From IMG/VR virus record IMGVR_UViG_2681813261_000024: a DNA stretch of 6,769 bases; one strand, given 5' to 3'. Under the pieces are notes generated by a model. The model ran no database searches. It was given only the letters and a program-made list of their open reading frames with translations, and was not told the origin of the DNA. Shown here one piece after another: positions 1 to 6,666 of this stretch (position 1 is its first letter; every line of letters begins with the position of its first letter). Made by a program: the position numbers and the translations under genes. The stretch comes from a virus. Lineage: Duplodnaviria > Heunggongvirae > Uroviricota > Caudoviricetes.

Positions 1-33
1 CCTCAAAAACACCATCATACACTAAATCAGTAA

Positions 34-546
34 GTTGGCAGCATCACCGGGGGCGCAGACCCTGATTATGTTATCTGGGCGAAAGAAGTTCAGGGTATTA
101 ACCGTGCATGGACTTTCAGACACTGGAAAGGCACTGGAACGGTTGGCGTGATGGTGGCGACAAACGATCCGGAACGCCCGGCCCCGGATGAAAGCGTGAT
201 TAACGCAGTCAGGGACCACATCCTTCCTCTGGCACCTGTTGCCGGAAGCGGATTGTATGTATTCGGTGCCACAGAAAAAGTCATCCCGATGACGATTGCA
301 TTATCGAAAGACACACCGCAGATCAGGACTGCAATAAAAGCAGAGCTGAATGCACTGATGTTACGGGATGGTGTGCCAGAGGGGCGTATGTATCTGTCCA
401 GAATCAGTGAGGCCATCAGTTTGTCTGCTGGTGAAGTGGCCCACCGGTTAATCGTCCCTTCATCGGATATTGACCTGGGGGAGACCGAGCTTCCGGTGCT
501 CGGCGAGATCACCTGGCAGGCTTATGACCCGGCAAGGAGTAAATAA
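34..546 (+). CDS. Baseplate J-like protein (Mu gp47 / P2 gpJ family), C-terminal portion only; 5' end truncated or disrupted
   Basis: Frame-1 translation from nt 34 (VGSITGGADPDYVIWAKEVQGINRAWTF...) shows the GG..DY..WA..V.G..RAW motif typical of baseplate J proteins, recalled from memory. The first in-frame start is GTG 148, an in-frame TAA lies at 31-33, and the other two forward frames stop at 23-25 and 63-65. The stop TAA 544-546 overlaps the ATG of the next gene (TAATG), suggesting translational coupling. Confidence 0.6.
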   Translation, partial: VGSITGGADPDYVIWAKEVQGINRAWTFRHWKGTGTVGVMVATNDPERPAPDESVINAVRDHILPLAPVAGSGLYVFGATEKVIPMTIALSKDTPQIRTAIKAELNALMLRDGVPEGRMYLSRISEAISLSAGEVAHRLIVPSSDIDLGETELPVLGEITWQAYDPARSK

Positions 547-1136
547 TGGATTCGTTACAGGATGATTATACAAAGCTGCTGTACGGACTGATGCCGCCGG
601 GGCCTGCATGGTCAGATACCGACGGTGTACTTGACGGTCTGGCACCATCGCTTGTGCGTGTTCACCAGCGGGCTGATGAACTGGTGATTGAAATCGATCC
701 CGGTCAGTCCACAGAGCTGATTGAACGTTATGAAGAATTGTATGGTTTACCTGATTCCTGTTCCCCTGTCGGAACCCAGACATTACGCCAGCGTCAGCAA
801 CGTCTTGAAGCAAAAGCCAATGTGGCTGGTGGCATAAATGAGCAGTTCTTCCTGGATCAGCTTGAGGCGCTGGGATATACCGGCGTAACGATCGAACAGT
901 TCCAGCACTTGGATGCAAGCCCCGATCCGGAATGGGGAGATCGCTGGCGTTATTTCTGGCGTGTGACGTTGCCGATGGATGCCGGTGCTCAGTGGCAGAC
1001 ATGCACGGACGCCTGCAACACACCGATCCGGACGTGGGGGGATACGGTTGCGGAGTGCGTGATTAATAAATTATGTCCGTCACACACCGTCGTTTTATTT
1101 TCCTATCCAGATGAGGATGAAGATGCACAGGATTGA
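546..1136 (+). CDS. Phage baseplate/tail protein, Mu gp48 / e14 YmfQ-like (DUF2313 family, distant P2 gpI analogue)
   Basis: 196-aa ORF with an LMPPGPAW N-terminal motif and a GG....FF...LEALGY.....IEQF central motif resembling the YmfQ/gp48 family (from memory). It sits between the J-like gene and the tail fibre as in Mu-like baseplate modules, with a 1-nt start/stop overlap upstream. Confidence 0.65.
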   Translation: MDSLQDDYTKLLYGLMPPGPAWSDTDGVLDGLAPSLVRVHQRADELVIEIDPGQSTELIERYEELYGLPDSCSPVGTQTLRQRQQRLEAKANVAGGINEQFFLDQLEALGYTGVTIEQFQHLDASPDPEWGDRWRYFWRVTLPMDAGAQWQTCTDACNTPIRTWGDTVAECVINKLCPSHTVVLFSYPDEDEDAQD

Positions 1137-2163
1137 TACGCTGACTGCGGTAAAAGATAAGTTTGGTCCGGGTAAGAACGGATTTACTGACGGAAATCTT
1201 CGCACAGGACGTCTTGCTACCTGGCTGAACAGTGCCATGTGGAATGCCATTCAGGAGGAAATCTGTGGTGTCATTGAGAAGGCCGGGATAGAACTGAATA
1301 AAGAAGAACACGACCAGCTATATAAGGCTATATTATTGCTGGTGGGCGGTGCAATTAACGAAGAGGCATTGCTGATAAAAAATAACCTTTCGGATGTGGA
1401 AGACAGGGATGAGGCTGTTGAAAACCTCGGATTAAAACCCACGGTGGATAAGGCAAAAAATGCCGTTCAGCGTGATGGCGACACCATGACCGGAGAGCTG
1501 AAAATCCGTGGTGTTAATGCGCTGAGGATTTTCAACGAAGCTTTTGGCCTGATTTTTCGTCGTTCGGAAGAGTGCCTGCACCTTATTCCCACCAGTGAAG
1601 GTCAGGGGGAAAATGGCGATATTGGTCCCCTGCGCCCGTTCACCATTAATCTGCGGACGGGTGAAATATCCATGTCGCATAAAGTGTCTGTTGGCGGTGG
1701 TTCGCAGGTCAATGGTGCGCTGGGTATCGGCGTTCAGAACGCCCTGGGGGGGAATTCAATTGTTCTTGGTGATAATGACACCGGATTCAAACAGAATGGT
1801 GATGGCCTGCTGGATGTTTATGCCAATAGCGTGCATGTGTTGCGTTTTCAGAGTGGCAGTATCCAGAGTAATAAAGCTGTAAACGTTACAGGACGGGTAA
1901 CACCGTCAGACTACGGAAACTTTGATGCCCGTTACCAGCAGCGAAATGGTGGCGTGCAGGATGTGCGGTATGGTTATGAAATGTATTACACCCCCGGCAG
2001 TAACACCGTTTCGTGGACATTTCGCTCACCTTCGGGACACGGGCTGTCAGGGATATCGATATCGGATACCGGCCGTAACTCAGCGGATAACGTCAACGGC
2101 GTGTATTACCGACCGCTGCAAAAACTGATTAATGGCACCTGGTATAACGTAGCGAGTATTTAA
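1111..2163 (+). CDS. Tail fibre protein; C-terminal part resembles the P2 gpH receptor-binding region, with a distinct ~110-aa N-terminal anchoring domain
   Basis: 350-aa ORF. The C-terminus (NALGGNSIVLGDNDTGFKQNGDGLLDVYANS ... LINGTWYNVASI) closely matches the recalled P2 gpH C-terminus (NALGGSSIVLGDNDTGFKQNGDGILDVYANS ... INGTWYNVAQV). Start is ambiguous among ATG 1111, 1117 and 1123; 1123 has the best AGGA spacing. It overlaps the end of the upstream gene. Confidence 0.8.
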   Translation: MRMKMHRIDTLTAVKDKFGPGKNGFTDGNLRTGRLATWLNSAMWNAIQEEICGVIEKAGIELNKEEHDQLYKAILLLVGGAINEEALLIKNNLSDVEDRDEAVENLGLKPTVDKAKNAVQRDGDTMTGELKIRGVNALRIFNEAFGLIFRRSEECLHLIPTSEGQGENGDIGPLRPFTINLRTGEISMSHKVSVGGGSQVNGALGIGVQNALGGNSIVLGDNDTGFKQNGDGLLDVYANSVHVLRFQSGSIQSNKAVNVTGRVTPSDYGNFDARYQQRNGGVQDVRYGYEMYYTPGSNTVSWTFRSPSGHGLSGISISDTGRNSADNVNGVYYRPLQKLINGTWYNVASI

Positions 2164-2165
2164 CA

Positions 2166-2711
2166 ATGTTGCATTTAAAAAATATTACGGCAGGTAATCC
2201 GAAAACCGCGGAATAATATCAGCTGACAAAACAGTATGATGTCACCTGGCTTTTTTCGGAAGACGGCAAAAACTGGTATGAAGAACAGAAGAACTTTGCC
2301 AGTGACACCATAAAAATGGTTTACACCGGAGACGGGCGCGTGGTGTGGGTCGGTAAGGATGTGACAGGCATTGAACCCCGTAACGCCAGTGTTATTGAAG
2401 TTCCTGATATTACCGCCAACCGCCGCATTACCGCGCCGGGTTACTGGTTTTACCGCAATGATGAATTTGTCTTTGACTACAGACTCAAAGCGGAAGATGA
2501 GCGTGATGCCCTTCTGGCTCAGGTCAGTGCCCGGACAGGGGAATGGGAAGAAGACCTGCTGCTGGGGCTAATCAGCGACGAAGACCGGGAAAAACTGAAA
2601 GCGTACCGTATTTACGCGAAATCGCTGCAGGCGATGGATTTCAGCACCATCACTGATAAATCCTCATATAACGCCATTGAATGGTCCGTCTCTCCGGAAG
2701 GTTCTTCCTGA
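2166..2711 (+). pseudogene. Tail fibre assembly protein (P2 gpG / Mu gpU family) interrupted by an in-frame TAA at 2214-2216; the longest intact ORF is 2316-2711
   Basis: Translation from ATG 2166 reads [43 protein letters not shown]..., colinear with the recalled P2 gpG N-terminus ([22 protein letters not shown]...DGKNWYEE). The stop replaces the conserved Gln (CAA to TAA). The same frame continues to TGA 2709-2711, and VEVPDITANRR plus a Tfa-like C-terminus are present. Confidence 0.7.
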
Positions 2712-2734
2712 TTTAATTTATCGCGAGAAAAACT

Positions 2735-4003
2735 ATGTCTGTAGTGATATCAGGTGCGCTGACTGATGGCGCAGGCATCCCCATGTCCGGATGCCAGATT
2801 ATTCTGAAATCCCGTGTAAACACCTCAGAAGTGGTGATGCGTACCAGGGCTGATGTAGTGACCGGAAATAACGGTGAATATTCGTTTGAGGCACAGGTCG
2901 GAAAATATTGCGTGTATCTGAAACGGGACTGGCGCGACGAGTACTGTGTTGGCGACATTGCTGTATACGACGACTCAAAGCCCGGCACGCTGAATGACTT
3001 TCTGATTGCTCCTGATGAGGGCGACCTGAAACCGGATGTCGTCAAACGCTTTGAGGAAATGGTGGCGCAGGCGCAGCAGAGCGCCGGGGCCGCAGCCGGA
3101 AACGCACAGCAGACGGCGCAGGATGTGGCGGCAGCCGCAGGTTATGCCCGCGCAGCAGAGCAGGCCAAAAATGACATTGATGCTGCGCTGACCGGCACTC
3201 TGAAAACGGCTAACCATCTGTCTGAAATCGCAGCAGCAGGCGAAAAGGCACAACAGAAGTCCCGGGATAATCTGGGGCTGAAAAGTGCGGCCACGATGGA
3301 AGCACAGAGCGACATTTACGACCGGACAAAAGGCCGTCTGGCGATACCCGGCGCATTCGGCTTTGGGTGTGCTTTTCTGCCTGAAGATGTTATCCGTTTT
3401 GACACTAAGAGTGATTTCCTGGCCTGGGTAAGGAATGCGCTGCCAGGTGAATATTCCGTTGCTGGCCCCTACGACATCATCATACCCGACACACGGTTTG
3501 AAGGGGTGCTCAGCATCCGGTGGACTGATGCACGCCCTGAGACAACAGAACCGAGGTACAGAGCCAAATCCCTTACTTTTTACGGCATTAACGGCCCCAT
3601 TTATCACACCCGCTACTGCTACTGGCCCATATCCAGACTGACTGGCTGGGTGAAAATAAATATAACCACAGAAGATATTATTTACAGAATCGTGGCGAGC
3701 TCTGTCTGCAACAGATGGGGAGACCCTGACATTGGCGGGCTGATTATTGCTGCGTACCAGGGAGAAGCTGACGGTGATAAAGTCATCAGACTTGTCAGGG
3801 GGCAGTCATACAGAGGCTCACGACTGGGACCGGTGGGGATTTCAGTGCCCAGTACTCCCACCGGAACGTATATAGCATCCCCACAATTTTTCATTACGGG
3901 ATGTTCAGAGCATTCATTACCGGGGTCATATAGCGCCCTGTCCGGGGTGCCGGATGCTCATGTCTCTGGCGCAATGCCCGGGCTTTTTATTCGCACATCG
4001 TGA
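2735..4003 (+). CDS. Side tail fibre protein with lambda Stf-like N-terminal domain, Ala/Gln-rich shaft and unrecognised C-terminal domain
   Basis: 422-aa ORF. The N-terminus (MSVVISGALTDGAGIPMSGCQIILKSR...GEYSF...GKYCVYL...IAVYDDSKPGTLNDFLIA) follows the lambda Stf / StfR pattern (MAVKISGVLKDG...CTIQLKA...VYEDSQPGTLNDFL, from memory). An Ala/Gln-rich low-complexity stretch follows, then a C-terminal ~230 aa with no family I recognise. Confidence 0.75.
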   Translation: MSVVISGALTDGAGIPMSGCQIILKSRVNTSEVVMRTRADVVTGNNGEYSFEAQVGKYCVYLKRDWRDEYCVGDIAVYDDSKPGTLNDFLIAPDEGDLKPDVVKRFEEMVAQAQQSAGAAAGNAQQTAQDVAAAAGYARAAEQAKNDIDAALTGTLKTANHLSEIAAAGEKAQQKSRDNLGLKSAATMEAQSDIYDRTKGRLAIPGAFGFGCAFLPEDVIRFDTKSDFLAWVRNALPGEYSVAGPYDIIIPDTRFEGVLSIRWTDARPETTEPRYRAKSLTFYGINGPIYHTRYCYWPISRLTGWVKINITTEDIIYRIVASSVCNRWGDPDIGGLIIAAYQGEADGDKVIRLVRGQSYRGSRLGPVGISVPSTPTGTYIASPQFFITGCSEHSLPGSYSALSGVPDAHVSGAMPGLFIRTS

Positions 4004-4013
4004 GGAATGCACC

Positions 4014-4520
4014 GTGGAAATTAAAAAAATCATTAATCCCCGTTATACCGAAAGTGGCGCAGTAGACTGTGACGTTTTTTTTGACGACAGGGACCAGGCA
4101 GTCCCCTACACAGCCACCGCTGATGATGTCGCACCGACGGGTCAGCGAATCTGGCAGGAACTGCAAAGTGGCAAATGGGGTGAGATAGCCCCATTCACTG
4201 TGACACCAGAAATGCTGGAAGCGGCCAGAGAGGCCAGACGTCAGGAAATTGAAGCATGGCGCACAGAACAGGAGGCGAAGCCGTTCACGTTTGAATGGAA
4301 CGGTCGTATCTGGAATGCTGGCCCCNNNNNNNNNNNNNNNNNNGATGCCGATAATCAGCAGGTGAAACTGTCGATGCCGGAACTGGAAGAACTGGCGGCA
4401 GCAATGGTGCAGGCGCAGGTCGATCGCAACGATGAGATTTATCGCCGTCAGCGTGAAATGAAAGAGGAGCTGAGTGGTCTGGAGGATTTGGGAACAATTA
4501 GAGCGTTTGATGTTACGTAA
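4014..4520 (+). CDS. Putative tail fibre assembly/chaperone protein (non-canonical); contains an 18-N gap
   Basis: The ORF lies immediately downstream of the fibre gene in the same frame as track ORF 3954-4520. GTG 4014 is preceded by GAGGA (4002-4006) and avoids a 50-nt overlap, so it is my preferred start; ATG 3954 and 3960 are alternatives. The assignment is positional, since the sequence lacks the classic Tfa C-terminal motif. Confidence 0.45.
   Translation: MEIKKIINPRYTESGAVDCDVFFDDRDQAVPYTATADDVAPTGQRIWQELQSGKWGEIAPFTVTPEMLEAAREARRQEIEAWRTEQEAKPFTFEWNGRIWNAGPXXXXXXDADNQQVKLSMPELEELAAAMVQAQVDRNDEIYRRQREMKEELSGLEDLGTIRAFDVT
4326..4343. other. Run of 18 ambiguous bases (N), an assembly gap or masked bases inside the putative chaperone gene
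   Basis: Directly visible as n x18; the length is a multiple of 3 so the frame is preserved and the track shows XXXXXX. Confidence 0.95.
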
Positions 4521-4566
4521 TTGGTAAGCTGCATCGTGTTAAATTGTTACCCTTATTTACAACTAG

Positions 4567-4600
4567 AAAAGCCTCTGACTTCATAATCAGAGGCTTTTTT
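4567..4600. terminator. Bidirectional rho-independent terminator between the phage tail operon (+) and ssrA (-)
   Basis: AAAA, then GCCTCTGA (4571-4578), loop CTTCATAA, TCAGAGGC (4587-4594), then TTTTTT (4595-4600): a perfect 8-bp stem flanked by an A-run and a T-run, so it can act on either strand. Confidence 0.6.
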
Positions 4601-4718
4601 GAAATGCACGTGCATTTTGCGTGTATATTTTTGTCTTTTTCTGGTCCGCTTACTGTCTGGTCAGTGTCCGTAAGTGACTGTTTTTATAGTCTCTGTCCGG
4701 TTGCAGTCCTGTCAAAAG

Positions 4719-5081
4719 TGGTGGAGCTGGCGGGAGTTGAACCCGCGTCCGAAATTCCTACATCCTCGGTACTACATGCTTAGTCAGTCTTTACATTCGC
4801 TTGCCAGCTGCGGACGGACACGCCACTAACAAACTAGCCTGATTAAGTTTTAACGCTTCAACCCCAGGCAGGGCTTCCACGCGATCTCTTTTGGGTTTGA
4901 CCTCTCTTGATCCCCGTCCTAAGAGCGGAGGCTAGGGAGAGAGGGCTCTAAGCAGGTTATTAAGCTGCTAAAGCGTAGTTTTCGTCGTTTGCGACTATTT
5001 TTTGCGGCTTTTTACGAGGCCAACCGCCCCTCGGCATGCACCTTGGGTTTCGCAAATCCCGTCGAATCCAGAATCAGCCCC
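4719..5081 (-). ncRNA. ssrA: tmRNA (SsrA, 10Sa RNA), 363 nt, apparently identical to the E. coli sequence
   Basis: The reverse complement begins GGGGCTGATTCTGGATTCGACGGGATTTGCGAAACCCAAGG and ends GGACGCGGGTTCAACTCCCGCCAGCTCCACCA. It contains the tag reading frame GCAAACGACGAAAACTACGCTTTAGCAGCTTAA (ANDENYALAA*), seen on the + strand as its complement at 4961-4993. Confidence 0.95.
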
Positions 5082-5095
5082 AATGTGTAAAGGTA

Positions 5096-5125
5096 AGTAT
5101 ACCAGATTTATGAGCGCCATGACCA
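5096..5125 (-). promoter_or_regulatory. Candidate sigma70 promoter for the ssrA precursor (-10 TATACT at 5096-5101 on the - strand, weak -35 TGGTCA around 5120-5125)
   Basis: TATACT lies 14 nt upstream of the mature tmRNA 5' end, consistent with a short leader removed by RNase P. The -35 is poor and its placement is approximate. Confidence 0.35.
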
Positions 5126-5295
5126 GCCTCAATGGCGTTATCGTTAAAGATTTAGCACCCATGTAGCCTGATTTTTATTCGATTAAGCAATGGGATGGCA
5201 ACATTTGTGTCGGATGTGATAGCCAATAAGATGTTCATTCGCGCCGCCGGAGAGGGAGGCGCGGTGAGGAACTGGTCAATAATTGGAGTGCAGGT

Positions 5296-5778
5296 TTAAC
5301 GGTGGGCGTTTTTCATGATACGTGCTTTATCCACCTGCCATTCGCGTTCTTTGATATCTGAACGTTTATCGTGCTGTTTTTTACCTTTGGCGACGCCGAT
5401 TTTCACTTTGCACCAGGCATTTTTCCAGTACAGGGAGAGCGCCACTACGGTATAGCCTTCTCGATTGACGCGACCGTACAATGAGTCCAGTTCGCGCTGG
5501 TTGAGAAGTAACTTGCGGGTACGGGTAGGATCGCACACCACATGCGTGGAGGCCACGGCCATTGGCGTGATGTTAGCGCCAAACAGAAATGCCTCTCCGT
5601 CACGCAGAAGGACGTAGCTGTCGCTGATATTGGCTTTTCCTGCGCGCAGGGATTTAACTTCCCAGCCTTGCAGGGCAAGTCCCGCTTCGAACTCTTCTTC
5701 GATAAAGTATTCGTGACGGGCGCGCTTGTTAAGCGCGATGGTCGCTGAACCAGGTTTATGTGCTTTTTTCTTCGTCAT
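5296..5778 (-). CDS. smpB: SsrA-binding protein SmpB
   Basis: 160-aa ORF ([81 protein letters not shown]...[10 protein letters not shown]) matching E. coli SmpB as I recall it. It lies immediately upstream of ssrA on the same strand, the conserved arrangement. Confidence 0.95.
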
Positions 5779-5909
5779 AAGCGTCGTGAATCATCGGTAA
5801 TCTGAAATCGAAAACACCCCATATCAATCCTGCGGGGGACAAGGCTCTATCTTAGCATGAACCCGATGTTACCCAGCGCCGGGATAGCGTTTTTTTTACA
5901 GCAGGATAA

Positions 5910-6386
5910 ATGATATTATTTGTTGGATTTTTGTTGATGGAAATAGTTATGCCTCAGATTAGCCGGACCGCACTGGTACCCTACAGCGCGGAGCAAATGT
6001 ATCAGTTAGTGAATGACGTTCAGTCTTATCCTCAGTTTTTGCCGGGTTGTACCGGAAGTCGGATTCTGGAGTCCACTCCTGGGCAGATGACTGCGGCGGT
6101 AGATGTCTCTAAGGCTGGGATCAGCAAAACGTTTACTACCCGCAACCAGTTGACCAGTAACCAAAGTATTCTTATGAATCTGGTGGATGGGCCGTTCAAG
6201 AAATTGATTGGTGGATGGAAGTTTACGCCGCTGAGCCAGGAGGCGTGTCGTATCGAGTTTCATCTCGACTTTGAGTTTACCAATAAGTTGATTGAACTCG
6301 CCTTTGGTCGCGTGTTTAAAGAGCTGGCGTCTAATATGGTCCAGGCTTTTACGGTTCGTGCGAAAGAGGTTTACAGTGCTAGGTAA
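5910..6386 (+). CDS. ratA: Ribosome association toxin RatA (YfjG; SRPBCC/polyketide-cyclase-like fold)
   Basis: 158-aa [50 protein letters not shown]... matching E. coli RatA from memory, divergent from smpB as in E. coli. An alternative internal start is ATG 5949 (MPQISRT...). Confidence 0.9.
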   Translation: MILFVGFLLMEIVMPQISRTALVPYSAEQMYQLVNDVQSYPQFLPGCTGSRILESTPGQMTAAVDVSKAGISKTFTTRNQLTSNQSILMNLVDGPFKKLIGGWKFTPLSQEACRIEFHLDFEFTNKLIELAFGRVFKELASNMVQAFTVRAKEVYSAR

Positions 6387-6666
6387 AATTGCCGTTGAGG
6401 TGGCTTATGCGCTACCTGAGAAGCAGTACCTGCAGCGCGTGACGCTGCAGGAGGGCGCGACGGTTGAAGAAGCTATTCGCGCCAGTGGCTTGCTGGAATT
6501 GCGTACCGATATCGATTTAACTAAAAACAAAGTCGGCATTTACAGCCGTCCGGCAAAACTAAGCGATAGTGTGCATGATGGCGATCGGGTGGAGATTTAT
6601 CGCCCTCTCATTGCCGATCCGAAAGAGCTTCGCAGGCAACGAGCAGAAAAATCAGCGAATAAATAA
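6376..6666 (+). CDS. ratB: RatB (YfjF, UPF0125 family) protein
   Basis: GTG 6376 gives [45 protein letters not shown]...[10 protein letters not shown] (96 aa), matching E. coli YfjF from memory. The start overlaps the last 11 nt of ratA. The track ORF start at 6292 is an upstream in-frame extension inside ratA and is probably not used. Confidence 0.85.
   Translation: MLGKIAVEVAYALPEKQYLQRVTLQEGATVEEAIRASGLLELRTDIDLTKNKVGIYSRPAKLSDSVHDGDRVEIYRPLIADPKELRRQRAEKSANK

Noticed and set aside
460-1023. 187-aa ORF on the - strand overlapping the J-like and gp48-like genes
   Set aside because: It is entirely antisense to two + strand genes with clear family resemblance and has no recognisable features, so it is a typical shadow ORF.
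1063-2128. Several short ORFs on both strands (1063-1311, 1251-1442, 1432-1680, 1595-1882, 1922-2128) within the fibre 1 gene, plus 2371-2571 within the chaperone gene
   Set aside because: All are nested in or antisense to a gene with strong P2 gpH-like or gpG-like homology, so none is an independent coding region.
2196-2220. Second AAAACC-containing sequence (CGAAAACCGCGGAATAATATC) resembling an invertase half-site, next to the chaperone stop codon
   Set aside because: The AAAACC here is explained by the conserved P-K-T codons of the gpG-like N-terminus, both half-sites match the consensus poorly, and Mu-type segments do not place a crossover site in the chaperone N-terminus.
2975-3607. 210-aa ORF on the - strand (and a 110-aa ORF at 2713-3045) inside the fibre 2 gene
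   Set aside because: It lies antisense to the GC-rich Ala/Gln-coding shaft region, where the absence of stop codons is a composition artefact, and it is Cys/Arg-rich with no family resemblance.
1111-4520. Active invertible host-range segment (Mu G / P1 C / e14 P type)
   Set aside because: Both fibre-chaperone cassettes are on the same strand, there is no inverted duplicate fibre C-terminus or chaperone, and there is no gin/pin-like recombinase in the window; at most a relic half-site remains (see findings).
4544-4783. 79-aa ORF on the + strand running from the spacer into ssrA
   Set aside because: It runs through the terminator hairpin and antisense to the tmRNA 3' domain, so the open frame is incidental.
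5445-5748. ORFs 5445-5678 (-) and 5542-5748 (+) within smpB, and 6006-6263 (-) within ratA
   Set aside because: They are out-of-frame or antisense shadows of well-conserved host genes.
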